Positions 1-10,033 of a DNA stretch of 64,000 nucleotides are shown piece by piece. The DNA comes from Nitrososphaerales archaeon (lineage in GTDB: Archaea; Thermoproteota; Nitrososphaeria; Nitrososphaerales; UBA213): positions 33,839 through 97,838 of the forward strand of contig CBDAOC010000015.1 of NCBI GenBank assembly GCA_965197925.1, read 5' to 3'. Position 1 is the first letter of the stretch; the number at the start of each line of letters is the position of its first letter. The notes below the pieces were generated by a model. It saw only the letters and a program-made list of their open reading frames with translations. It had not been told where the DNA came from and did no database searches. A program made the position numbers and the translations under genes.

Positions 1-565
1 TTATGGTGACACTGAAGGGGAATGGATCGATGAATCTACATTAAAGAATCCGAACACCGATTTTGCAAGGACAAGGGACAAGGCTGAACAGATGTTATGG
101 AGGGCAAGCAAGGAGAACGGATTGCCGGTCACAGTAGCGGTACTTGGAGATGTATATGGACCCTCGGGGTGGTTTGCAGATATTATTGTTAATAAGATTA
201 GGGATGGCTCTTTCAAAATTCCAGGTTCTGGTGAATACTATAGAAGTTTGGTTCACATAGATGATGTTGTAAATGCTTTAAAACTCATTGTTGAGAAAAA
301 TGCGGTCAACAACACATTTATGATTACAGATGATGAACCAGTCACATTCTCTGAATTCATTTATTATATAGCAGATCGAATGAACTTGAAGAGACCGGGC
401 AAAGTTCCAGCATTCCTTGCGAAAGCTGTTCTTGGTTCCGATATGGTTAAACTGCTTACTTGTTCAATAAAAGCCAGAAATACAAAAGCAATGAGGGAAC
501 TAGGTTTGGAGCTACTGTATTCAACATACAAGGAAGGAGTTCCAGCAGCTTTGCAGAAACTATAA
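1..565 (+). CDS. NAD-dependent epimerase/dehydratase (extended SDR), 5' end outside window
   Basis: Frame is open from position 2 (YGDTEGEWIDE...). Motifs VYGP, SLVHIDDVV and F.ITDDEPV are typical of the extended SDR C-terminal half. Confidence 0.85.
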   Translation, partial: YGDTEGEWIDESTLKNPNTDFARTRDKAEQMLWRASKENGLPVTVAVLGDVYGPSGWFADIIVNKIRDGSFKIPGSGEYYRSLVHIDDVVNALKLIVEKNAVNNTFMITDDEPVTFSEFIYYIADRMNLKRPGKVPAFLAKAVLGSDMVKLLTCSIKARNTKAMRELGLELLYSTYKEGVPAALQKL

Positions 566-704
566 TTCTTGAGGAGAGAGCCCTACCCTTTGATTTCCTT
601 TCTGAGTTTATCTCTCTATAATGAGGATATGTTCTTGGCTTTCATGTGGTGTTGTCAAATATAGAAGTAGATTGCCAATTTTAAATATAATATACTAGAT
701 ATTT

Positions 705-1797
705 GAGGCTTGGGCGTAATTAAGCCGGTAGAAACGATAAGATCAGGTTTCAATTTTCATTGGTAATATGTTTAGCTCAGACTCCATACTTCTTCATATA
801 TTATTTTTGATTGACGTGATTCCTTGGACAAAACCTAATAGGAAAAGAGGTAGACCATTCTACTATTCTCCTACAGTTATGGTGAGATGCTTCATCGTTA
901 GAGTATGGGTAAGAATACCAGGCAACAATGTGTTACATCAATATTTTTCGATAGACATGCCATACAACAGGAAGGTAATGAAGGCATGTGGTCTTGATAG
1001 GTTGCCAGATAAAAGAACATTCGACAGAAGGTCAAGGCCACGTCAATTGACATAAGATCAAGGATAGGTGCTATGGGTATGCTCTTCATAAAAGATGGGT
1101 TGGTAGACTCATCCATAGTATCCGTTGATAGTTCCTTGTTGAAAGCAAAGGGACATGTATGGCATAGATCAAACATGAAGAAGAATGAAGTGCCACGCTC
1201 CGGTATGGATACAGACGCTCGATGGGGATTCAGCAGAACCAAGGGATGGGTATTTGGATACAAGATGCATTTAGCATGTAGCACAGGTTCGTTGATAGTT
1301 CCATTATCAGCTGATTTCACAACAGCTAACATTACTGATAACAAGATGTATGAAAGCATAACATCTTCATTGCCTACAGGAATGGTAAGGTATGTTGTAG
1401 GAGATGAAGGATATGATGATCACAAGTTATGTGATTTCAGCAGGTATAGAAGGCATCCAGTATTCCCATTGGAAAGGTACAAGCATACTACAGATAATAA
1501 TAGACTGGCATTGCTGCAGTTCTATAACTCTGAATTTGGGCAGCATGTATATTCTCGGAGGAGCATAAGCGTTGAGCCATTGATAGAGCAGATAAAGGAT
1601 GTATTTGATATAGACCCACTACCTGTTAGAGGATTTGATAAGGTAAGAGTATAGTGTTGTTATCAGTATTGTTGTATCAGGTAATGGTTTACTACAACTA
1701 CTTGACAGGAAGGCCTCTTAGGGCATTGAAGTATATGTTGGGAAGCTAATAGTAATAATTTCAAAATAATATTATAATTGAATTATGCCCAGGTCTC
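705..1797 (+). mobile_element. IS element family A, copy 1 (DDE transposase, IS982/IS5-like), frameshifted
   Basis: TIRs gaggcttgggcgtaatt / aattatgcccaggtctc, flanked by direct repeat agatattt (697-704, 1798-1805). Split ORFs 768-1055 and 1073-1654 carry VDSS, GWVFGYKMHL, GDEGYD and VEP motifs. Confidence 0.9.
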
Positions 1798-2160
1798 AGA
1801 TATTTAATATATGGCCTTGATGAGAATACCAGAATAATTTTTAAAGGGATAATTGAAAGTTATTGCGAATATTCCAGAATTTATAAAGAACATCCATCGG
1901 GTAAAAGCAGTATTGAATGTAAACAATGAGATAGATTTTGTTTTTGGTTGGATATGGGGAGAAATAAATACGGCTATAAGGATGTATTATGGATTAAGCT
2001 TCGAAAGAGAAGTCACATAAAAGGAAATGAATGAAGTTTTGCAAATCATCTACAGCCGAGCACTAGAAATGCGTAGTACTATTACCAGTGAATAATACAT
2101 TGTCCTAACAAGGACAGCTTCAGGAACCCTATCTTCAATTTACGAACAATTCGAAAAGGT

Positions 2161-2859
2161 CTAAATTGCATACTTTCCCGATATTATGGCAGCTGTTCCA
2201 AAGGTAAGGCTCTTACATTGAACATCACTAAACCCATATCTCTCCATTTTTGTTGTAAGGTCGTTTATCCAATTACTCCTCTTTATCAATGTGTCAAGTT
2301 CATTGAACACTGATCTCCATGAAGGTAAGAATATCCCCACTATACGTAGTACCTTGAAGTATGCATTCCATAAGCATTTCATTAGAGAATTAGTTGGATA
2401 AGTAAAATCATGCATGATCAACATTCCCCCTGGCTTCAAAACCCTAGAGATTTCAGATACAACCTTATCCATATCACAATATTTGGGTAGATATGAAGCC
2501 GTAACAAAATCAAACTCTCCATCTACCTGTGGAATTGCCTCTGCCGCGGATACATAGAAACTCAGGTTTTTGATATTGCGTATCGAAGCTTTTTCTTTGG
2601 CGATTCTAATACTGCCTTCGATGATGTCAAGACCAACAACATACCTTACCTTTCTCTCCAACGCAAACGAAAGTATTCCTGTTCCACAGGCAAGATCAAG
2701 AACTTTATAATTACCATTAGGGATCAAATCGAGAATGACTCTTTTCCACGCCATATCCTGACCGAAAGTTGTTGTGTTAACAACGGCTTCATAGCTGGAA
2801 GAATTATCTACAAAGAATTTTTCCGCCATTTTTTGACCGTGATGCGCCGCTCGTATCAA
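2161..2859 (-). CDS. Class I SAM-dependent methyltransferase (UbiE/MenG-like)
   Basis: VLDLACGTG motif I, FDFVT and RVLKPGG. Confidence 0.85.
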   Translation of the reverse strand: MIRAAHHGQKMAEKFFVDNSSSYEAVVNTTTFGQDMAWKRVILDLIPNGNYKVLDLACGTGILSFALERKVRYVVGLDIIEGSIRIAKEKASIRNIKNLSFYVSAAEAIPQVDGEFDFVTASYLPKYCDMDKVVSEISRVLKPGGMLIMHDFTYPTNSLMKCLWNAYFKVLRIVGIFLPSWRSVFNELDTLIKRSNWINDLTTKMERYGFSDVQCKSLTFGTAAIISGKYAI

Positions 2860-2883
2860 CTATTAATAGATAACATTTATGCA

Positions 2884-3321
2884 TTAAATTATTTGTTGTC
2901 CTGAAACACTGCTCGAATAGACGGCCTGGTCAGATAGTAGATTGCAGCAGAAAACAATATCAACCCGTATGCCAAACGTTGATGGTATTTCAAATGCTCT
3001 AGTGTAAAGTATGTTCATGATAGAAGTTATTATTCCAAAGAACATGAAAGCTAAGCCTAGTAGTAAACCCCACCCCTTCCTTTTAGCAAGACCATACACG
3101 AGGACGAAGATGAATAGATCCATGCCAAGAGAGAAGGTTGAGCCTATCGAAGCAATGCCAGCGAATTCTGTAGGTAGGTATTCAAGCATAGTTAGTATAC
3201 TAGTAGCAATATTGTAAATACCACCCAACGTGAGAAGTATTATTATGAGATTTATGCCCAGATTGGCACGCATGGGTTGCATAACTATAACGATTATATG
3301 AAAACAATTCAAAAACATCAC
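2884..3321 (-). CDS. Small multi-pass membrane protein, C-terminus possibly frameshifted
   Basis: Three hydrophobic segments and a GLAKRKGWG loop. Confidence 0.5.
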   Translation of the reverse strand: MMFLNCFHIIVIVMQPMRANLGINLIIILLTLGGIYNIATSILTMLEYLPTEFAGIASIGSTFSLGMDLFIFVLVYGLAKRKGWGLLLGLAFMFFGIITSIMNILYTRAFEIPSTFGIRVDIVFCCNLLSDQAVYSSSVSGQQII

Positions 3322-3326
3322 TTTTC

Positions 3327-3372
3327 ATCTAGATATACTAAAATGGTTATTTACATTTTAGTATATCTAGAT
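3327..3372. repeat. Perfect 19-bp inverted repeat with 8-bp spacer
   Basis: atctagatatactaaaatg-gttattta-cattttagtatatctagat. Confidence 0.95.
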
Positions 3373-3383
3373 AATAAAATATA

Positions 3384-4328
3384 TTATTTCAATGAAATTT
3401 GACTATGCCCAAATCCTTCTTTTGATACTCCAACACCTTCTTCACCCATAATTGTTTTAAAAGATGTAACAATGTGATTGAACTGGTCAAGCGAATTCCA
3501 TTTTCCATAACCATTCTTCTTCAACACATACGGTAATGGATCATCAAAGTAAACAGGAGAGCTCGTTCGGTAACCATTGGAACCATCACCCAGAAGGAAA
3601 TGATCCAATATGACATAATTACTGCAGGAGTTAATGCTCCTAGCAAACCCAAATGGATCCTTCAGTGGAAGTAAAGGGGAAACCACAGCGACAGCATTCA
3701 ACTCATTACTCTTTATATTAGAAAGTGCCTGCATCCTAGATTTTACTGAATACACATGCCTGAAATTTACGCTGGTATTAAACAAATCTAGATCCTTGTT
3801 TTCCATATCAGTCTCTATAGATACTTGTAGAGATACATTGCAAAGATGATGAAGCATCTTGATTAAGCCCAGGTCCCTCAATAAATTTGGGGTATGAGTC
3901 TGTATTACCAGACTATCTGGTGGCAACTCAATCATAGTTTCAAGGAGGCTATTTGTTATCCTTAATTCAGCTTCAGCAGGGATGTACGGATCAGTAACAC
4001 TGTTCATGAATATCTTTAATTTTTCATGACGGTTACGAATTTTTCCATAATCAGATCTATATAGTTCAGAGGCATTGATCTTAGCATCGACATAGGTGCC
4101 CCATGATCGCATCTCACCCTTCACTCCCCTGATGATTGTTTTCGCATAACAGTAGTTACCACATAGACCAAGTCCGAGTTGGCACTCACTATAAGGATTG
4201 ATCGTGTGTGTATAATCTGAAAGAAAACCACCAGTAGGAGTGAGAATTGTTTTTGCCCTTATCTTGTTAATCTGCATTAGCTGTATTTGGTGCTGGACAA
4301 TAAAAATTATAGGGTATAAGAAACACAA
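3384..4328 (-). CDS. Radical SAM protein, SplB/Rv2578c-like
   Basis: INPYSECQLGLGLCGNYCYA, MNSVTDPYIPAE and VSIETD motifs. Confidence 0.8.
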   Translation of the reverse strand: MCFLYPIIFIVQHQIQLMQINKIRAKTILTPTGGFLSDYTHTINPYSECQLGLGLCGNYCYAKTIIRGVKGEMRSWGTYVDAKINASELYRSDYGKIRNRHEKLKIFMNSVTDPYIPAEAELRITNSLLETMIELPPDSLVIQTHTPNLLRDLGLIKMLHHLCNVSLQVSIETDMENKDLDLFNTSVNFRHVYSVKSRMQALSNIKSNELNAVAVVSPLLPLKDPFGFARSINSCSNYVILDHFLLGDGSNGYRTSSPVYFDDPLPYVLKKNGYGKWNSLDQFNHIVTSFKTIMGEEGVGVSKEGFGHSQISLK

Positions 4329-4343
4329 GCAGGACTTGACTAA

Positions 4344-5099
4344 ATGATACCTTCTGAATCAATACAACAAAGCAATGATATATCATGTACATATAATATC
4401 AAATTGGTAATCAAGAAAAAAGGAAATCTTCGCACAATTTTGATTATTGGCGGATTGGCATTAGTATTTTGGGCCCTTTTCAACCTTTATCCCCAACTTC
4501 AAACATTACATGGTAACAGTACCAAAGATTATCACCCTGAAAAGCTTTGGACTTTTGGCGTTGGTATTGGGAATGGAACGAAGGCTACCTATAATGTGTA
4601 TCACGCAGCACTTGGACAAAATGTCACAACGAGTTATACAGTTGTAGATACTGGAGGCCTAAACGGAACATGGAAAATTGCAATAGACGCAAAAGCGGGT
4701 GATGTGGAGGAGAATGCCTATGCCTTTACAACAAAAAGCATACTACCAGTGGGGGGCTCTAAGATTATTGGGGAGCTTGATAGGCTTGAAGTTGCAACAA
4801 AGATGTCAGTTGCTGAATTCCTCATGGGGATAACGGATCAACCATTGGTGGTTGGCGCTAGCTGGCATATGGCATTCCTTACCCCTGACAACACCTTTAC
4901 TAGGTCAAGCATTATCAAGCAGCAGGTCGTAAATGAGGATGAGGTCTATATACTCAGTTACGGACCTGAGAGTACTCCCAGCTATACATGGATTGACAAG
5001 AATTATCCCATACCCATACGGGATGAATATAAGGATCCGTTGACCGGCAAGGTCATTTCTATTTATGAATTGATTGAATATAGAAAAACAATTAGTTAA
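4344..5099 (+). CDS. Membrane-anchored/secreted hypothetical protein
   Basis: Basic stretch followed by an N-terminal hydrophobic helix and a beta-rich body. Confidence 0.6.
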   Translation: MIPSESIQQSNDISCTYNIKLVIKKKGNLRTILIIGGLALVFWALFNLYPQLQTLHGNSTKDYHPEKLWTFGVGIGNGTKATYNVYHAALGQNVTTSYTVVDTGGLNGTWKIAIDAKAGDVEENAYAFTTKSILPVGGSKIIGELDRLEVATKMSVAEFLMGITDQPLVVGASWHMAFLTPDNTFTRSSIIKQQVVNEDEVYILSYGPESTPSYTWIDKNYPIPIRDEYKDPLTGKVISIYELIEYRKTIS

Positions 5100-5798
5100 C
5101 TGGATCATATTCAATGTGATAATTTGGCAGCAGTTTTAGTACATTCATAAAAGATTCAATATCCATTAATTCATTTCAGTATGTTAATTTTTATGAGCCT
5201 CGTCTTCTATAGATAAGATATGCAATAAATCCACCCAAAAATGCAAATGATATAACCAACGCTATAATTTCATTTTCTGGCATATATCAATCAGATTGTT
5301 TTCTAAAAATAAACTTTTAGATGGAGGACTAGTATTTGATGTAGTAAATTCCTTTTATAATTGTATATTTAAGCTCATTCATTGACGGATAATAACTCCA
5401 TATATCCTATTTGCAGAAAGAAATTGGTTGAACATTCAGAGGTGCAAGAGGAGATATGCAAAATCATCTTGGTGAAGGAATTCAATAATTACTGTCCTAG
5501 ATATGATATGTAGCCTATAAATAGACAATCATCAGTGCTAGCTAACATGTAACTATTTTCCATACTTGTATAAACGATGATTTTAGATATTAGAGAGAAT
5601 ATTTATCACTGTATGGATGGAGAAAACAATACTTGTCAAATTTGTGGTTGTAGGAAACATAAGTATGTAGGATGCATTCTTCACTGGATATTCCATAAGA
5701 ACGAGAAAAAGTAAATTTGATTGATTGTTTATATTGTCAATTTAATATTAATATTATTATTGTTGTTATTGCTCTCATTATTACTATTTCTATAATAA

Positions 5799-6854
5799 TT
5801 ATCCTCCATCTTCTATCCTCTTGGTGATTTCGATAGCAAATACACTACCCAAAAATCCCAAAAATAGTGCTGGAACCAAGGTCGAGATCATGACATGCTG
5901 GTATGTAGCCAAGAATAGATTTATCGTAGTGACTTGAATATCAACAGGTACACCCAATGCTTCTCTAAAAGCATGTGGCACAAGTGGAAAGTAAAGTACA
6001 TAATAAAAGGGAGCAAAAATGATACCCGCTAAAACTAATCTTATCTTTTCACCAAGTTTGCTTCGCAATACAAAATCAACTGCGACCGCAGGCAGTATGA
6101 CAAGCATGTAATAGGGCATAGCAGGTGCTATTCCGTGATGGGCAACAATTGTAGCCGTTCCGTTCACGAAAACATATAATGCGGTTAAAATCGTAACTGG
6201 AAATTGAATCTGTAATATTCTGTATGAAATTATTATCATCATAGAGCTAATTATTGGCATTACTACTGCAGCTGTAGCTGCTCCCACAAACGGATTGGGA
6301 TTAAAGTCATAGTACTCCCCCTCAGAAAAAGGTAAAGTGAATAACATTACCATCCCCGATGCCGACAACCATAGAGCCGTTAAGGAAATTATTGAACCTA
6401 TCTGCAATAAAGGTGAACTCTTTTTCCTCTTAGTGATTTTTGCTAATCCTTTGACACCTGCCATTGCGTTGAGTAGCATTCCAACAACTAGGATCAAATG
6501 CGGGGGGCTCAACAGGCCATCAAAACCATAGATTGAGTGCCACCATAAATCGAATCCACCAGAAAACAACTGTAACGCAGAACCAATTAGTGCATACAGC
6601 AAACTATTGACATAAGCCGTCGAAATCTTCTGTTTAATCCTCAACACTAACCCTAATATTCCCATTGACAGTGTAAGAAGAACACCCAAATACACCAGAG
6701 AATGGGGCGGTGTCAAGAATGTCTCAGGATTCTGCAAGGCATGCCATGTAACATCCCAGTGCCCCCCTCCAATCTGAAGCAATGCACCCACGCTTACCAG
6801 TAGGTAGATTATTGTTAAATTCCTGGGAAGTTTTACGAATTTCTGTTCAGTCAA
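5799..6854 (-). CDS. Polytopic membrane protein with two D-x3-H-x12-H motifs
   Basis: About nine hydrophobic helices; WDVTWH...TPPH and FDLWWH...SPPH. Confidence 0.8.
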   Translation of the reverse strand: MTEQKFVKLPRNLTIIYLLVSVGALLQIGGGHWDVTWHALQNPETFLTPPHSLVYLGVLLTLSMGILGLVLRIKQKISTAYVNSLLYALIGSALQLFSGGFDLWWHSIYGFDGLLSPPHLILVVGMLLNAMAGVKGLAKITKRKKSSPLLQIGSIISLTALWLSASGMVMLFTLPFSEGEYYDFNPNPFVGAATAAVVMPIISSMMIIISYRILQIQFPVTILTALYVFVNGTATIVAHHGIAPAMPYYMLVILPAVAVDFVLRSKLGEKIRLVLAGIIFAPFYYVLYFPLVPHAFREALGVPVDIQVTTINLFLATYQHVMISTLVPALFLGFLGSVFAIEITKRIEDGG

Positions 6855-6891
6855 ACGTAATTAAAACTTGATTTACCATTTAAAAAACAAA

Positions 6892-7749
6892 TCATATTTT
6901 GAGATCAATTCCTGCTGTTTGCACTATATCAGCCAACACTGTTTTGTTTGCAGCGGTAACAAAGGATAATCTTGAATTAGTATTGAACTCAGCTTCCAAT
7001 TCACTCCCTTCTTCAGATATAATTATACCACCTGCTTCTTTCACAATCAAATAGGCCGCAGCCATATCTGTAATCCTGAGCTTATTTCGTAGATCAATGA
7101 ACACATCCATTAACCCTCTTGCAAATATGCATAACTCTAGTGCGTTGGCACCCATATGTCGCAAATGGTTTGCTTTTGATATTATTGGTTTTAATAGTTC
7201 AATCTTTTCTGGTGTAACCCCTGATATATTCATTCCAACTACATACTTATTTTCTTCAAACTTTTCTTTAACATGTATCTTTGCACCATTGAAAAATGCT
7301 CCACTGCCCTTAGATGCAGAATAAACATCACCCCCAAATAAGTCCATTATAACACCAATCTTTACCGCACTTAGTCTATTCTGATCTGCATAAGCAATCG
7401 AACAACAGTAAAAGGGGATCCCCCTGAGCGCATTTGTGGTGCCATCAACAGCATCTACTACAATAAAACCCTCCTTCCCATTTGCAATATCTATCCTTCC
7501 TGTTTCCTCTGCAAGTACTGAGCATTTCAGACCATGAGTCTCCAGAGTATCAAATACAGCGCGCTCCGCAACTATGTCAATCTTTCTAGAAATATCTCCA
7601 CCAGCACCAACACCATAAGATTCATTTGCTTCTTCAGTTCCAACAAGCCTGCTAACCTGTGACCTTACGTTAGAGCATGCCTCTATGAAGATCCTTTGCA
7701 TATCAAGCATAAGAGTCATTAATTTTAAGTGTATATTAAATTTAAGCAA
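6892..7749 (-). CDS. suhB: Inositol monophosphatase / FBPase family protein
   Basis: AEE, DAVDGTTN, RHMGANALEL and DMAAAYLIVKEAGG motifs. Confidence 0.9.
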   Translation of the reverse strand: MLKFNIHLKLMTLMLDMQRIFIEACSNVRSQVSRLVGTEEANESYGVGAGGDISRKIDIVAERAVFDTLETHGLKCSVLAEETGRIDIANGKEGFIVVDAVDGTTNALRGIPFYCCSIAYADQNRLSAVKIGVIMDLFGGDVYSASKGSGAFFNGAKIHVKEKFEENKYVVGMNISGVTPEKIELLKPIISKANHLRHMGANALELCIFARGLMDVFIDLRNKLRITDMAAAYLIVKEAGGIIISEEGSELEAEFNTNSRLSFVTAANKTVLADIVQTAGIDLKI

Positions 7750-8032
7750 TCCATTGATAATATATTATTTTAATCGAATCAGGTTAGATAGGAGATTGTT
7801 TGTGAATGTGTTTTCTTGATTCAAAATAATTTTGGTAATGATCATGTAGGATAATTAAGGACTACACATAAATGAATAACTGTATTTTTGGAGTGCTGGA
7901 GATATCAAATATCCGCTTATTGCCCACATAATGTTAACCATCTAGGTACTAGATCTATAACAACAATATAGAGCCTATTACACATTTGTAATGAACCTAA
8001 CTTCTCAAGAAATTCTAATTTCTTCAATCTAA

Positions 8033-8884
8033 CTAGTTTACTTGATTCGATCTCACTAATGTTATTATTTCATCTAAAGAAGGACCCCTCATTATGGTAG
8101 CCTCAAACTTACTTTCCATCATTTCATTAATTGCCTGACCGCCAACTATTACACAACCTGAAGATATAGTTCTAATTCGTCTGACAAGGCTCTGCCCCAT
8201 TCTAACATTGTCTTGAAGCGTTAACGAAATTAGAATGGCTTGTGGATTTAAGTCCTTGATGTAATTGGTGACTGATTCTGCTGGAGCTGATGGAGAAATG
8301 TTGAAGACTTGATAACCCTTGCTCAGCAATACAGATTCTATAATACCACATCCAAGATTATGTAATTCAGCAGTAGGGGTACAAATTATCACCTTACTCT
8401 TATGATCTCTTTTCGCAATCCCACTATTAATTGCATTTATCAAGCTGCGAGCGGCATTGCTGCATACATGCTCAGTAGCTACATCGAGTTTTTTCTGAGC
8501 CCAAAGGTCACCTATCCTATACATCACTGGCTTGAGGATATTGTCATAAAATTCAGTCAACTTTGATGATTTTGAATTTTTTTCATAAACGCTAATCAGA
8601 CCCTCAATATTAGCATGGCACAAAAATTCCAAGACGTCATCACGTAATCTCTCAACCGCTTTCACATTTCTTTTGTTTTGTGTTAGGCTTGGAGATGACA
8701 GGAACGCAAGTATTTTTGAATTATTTCTATACTCAGCTGGAATATCCCTAAGAGTAACTTTTGAAGTTCTTCCAAGATACTTTATTATCTTTTGTCTTGA
8801 TGTGTTAGTATTCTCGTTCCATTCACTCTGAACAAGGTAGGCATAATCAAAGCCTTTGACCTTTTTGTTCCTGATATAAACCAT
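8033..8884 (-). CDS. Cobalamin-binding (CarH-like) protein with an N-terminal beta-rich putative DNA-binding domain
   Basis: W-x9-EH (LWAQKKLDVATEH), ELHNLG, ISLT and IVGG motifs; N-terminus YAYLVQSEW...RQKIIKYLGR. Confidence 0.8.
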   Translation of the reverse strand: MVYIRNKKVKGFDYAYLVQSEWNENTNTSRQKIIKYLGRTSKVTLRDIPAEYRNNSKILAFLSSPSLTQNKRNVKAVERLRDDVLEFLCHANIEGLISVYEKNSKSSKLTEFYDNILKPVMYRIGDLWAQKKLDVATEHVCSNAARSLINAINSGIAKRDHKSKVIICTPTAELHNLGCGIIESVLLSKGYQVFNISPSAPAESVTNYIKDLNPQAILISLTLQDNVRMGQSLVRRIRTISSGCVIVGGQAINEMMESKFEATIMRGPSLDEIITLVRSNQVN

Positions 8885-9115
8885 AAAAATCCTTTATTAT
8901 ATCATATATTAAAAAAGTTGCTTATTGAATATTATGGTTTTAATGATTAATGGATATTTTTATGATTTCAACAAATCAGATCCGAAATAGATCCACTTGG
9001 TTGATTACTTTGTTCTTCAACAAAATCGTTTGAAAGAGGAGATAATATATTATCAATCAAACGTTTTATCAACAATCTACAAATACACTATCAGTCACTT
9101 TATGTATGATTTATT

Positions 9116-10033
9116 TTGTGTAGAGTTATATTAACAACGCAAGATATCTTATTTGTGAATGCAAACGGCACGCAAGAAAATTCCCGACTAGCATTATTTG
9201 AAAAGCTTGTTTATAAGATAGCCCAAAAGTGGGTAGCAGGGTATTCCATGCGTGATGCACTGAACTCAGCCAGAGAAACCAATGCTAAGGGATTGAGTGC
9301 GATCATAAATTACTTAGGAGAGCATAATATGGATGATTGTGTAATTGACGCAAGTGTAACCGAATACTTACTTTTACTGAAGAAAATGGATCAGTTGCAT
9401 ATCAATGGAAGTATATCTCTAAAACTTAGTCAGATCGGTCTCGATAAAGACTATGATAGATGTGAAAATAATGCGTTAAAGATAATAGAACGCGCAAAGT
9501 CACTTAACAAGTTTGTATGGTTGGATATGGAATCTTCATGCTATCTTACTGACACGATTCGAATCTACTTGACATTGCTCAATCATTATGGTAGTGTGGG
9601 TATGGCATTCCAGGCATATCTGAAACAAGGCATTAATCGCTTGACAGAGATATTGATGCATAAAAGCAAGATAAGACTTGTGAAAGGGGCATACAGGGAG
9701 GACCGTGCTATTGTCTTTAAATCGAAACGCGTAATTGATAAAAATTATCTGAAGGTTATGCACTTATTGTTTGAGGTTAGCGATAATTTTGCAATAGCTA
9801 CGCATGATCAGTCAATAATTAACCATGCATTAGAACTCAATGACAGATACCATAAGCAATTTGAATTTCAGATGCTGAAGGGTGTTAGAGATGATATCAA
9901 GCCAATATTAATAAAAAAGGGATTTTCCATTACTGACTATATACCATATGGCGAAAATGTTGCAGCATATTCGGTTAGAAGAATAAAGGAAAGACCAAGC
10001 AATTTACTCCTCCTAGCCAGATCGTTATTTTAG
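9116..10033 (+). CDS. putB: Monofunctional proline dehydrogenase
   Basis: SLKLSQIG, LDME, IRLVKGAY, IATHD, EFQML.G, YIPYG and RRIKERP motifs. Confidence 0.93.
   Translation: MCRVILTTQDILFVNANGTQENSRLALFEKLVYKIAQKWVAGYSMRDALNSARETNAKGLSAIINYLGEHNMDDCVIDASVTEYLLLLKKMDQLHINGSISLKLSQIGLDKDYDRCENNALKIIERAKSLNKFVWLDMESSCYLTDTIRIYLTLLNHYGSVGMAFQAYLKQGINRLTEILMHKSKIRLVKGAYREDRAIVFKSKRVIDKNYLKVMHLLFEVSDNFAIATHDQSIINHALELNDRYHKQFEFQMLKGVRDDIKPILIKKGFSITDYIPYGENVAAYSVRRIKERPSNLLLLARSLF

Noticed and set aside
898..1359. Antisense ORFs in IS-A copies (also 20498-20854 and 29334-29612)
   Set aside because: They are shadow frames of the transposase, repeated only because the IS is repeated.
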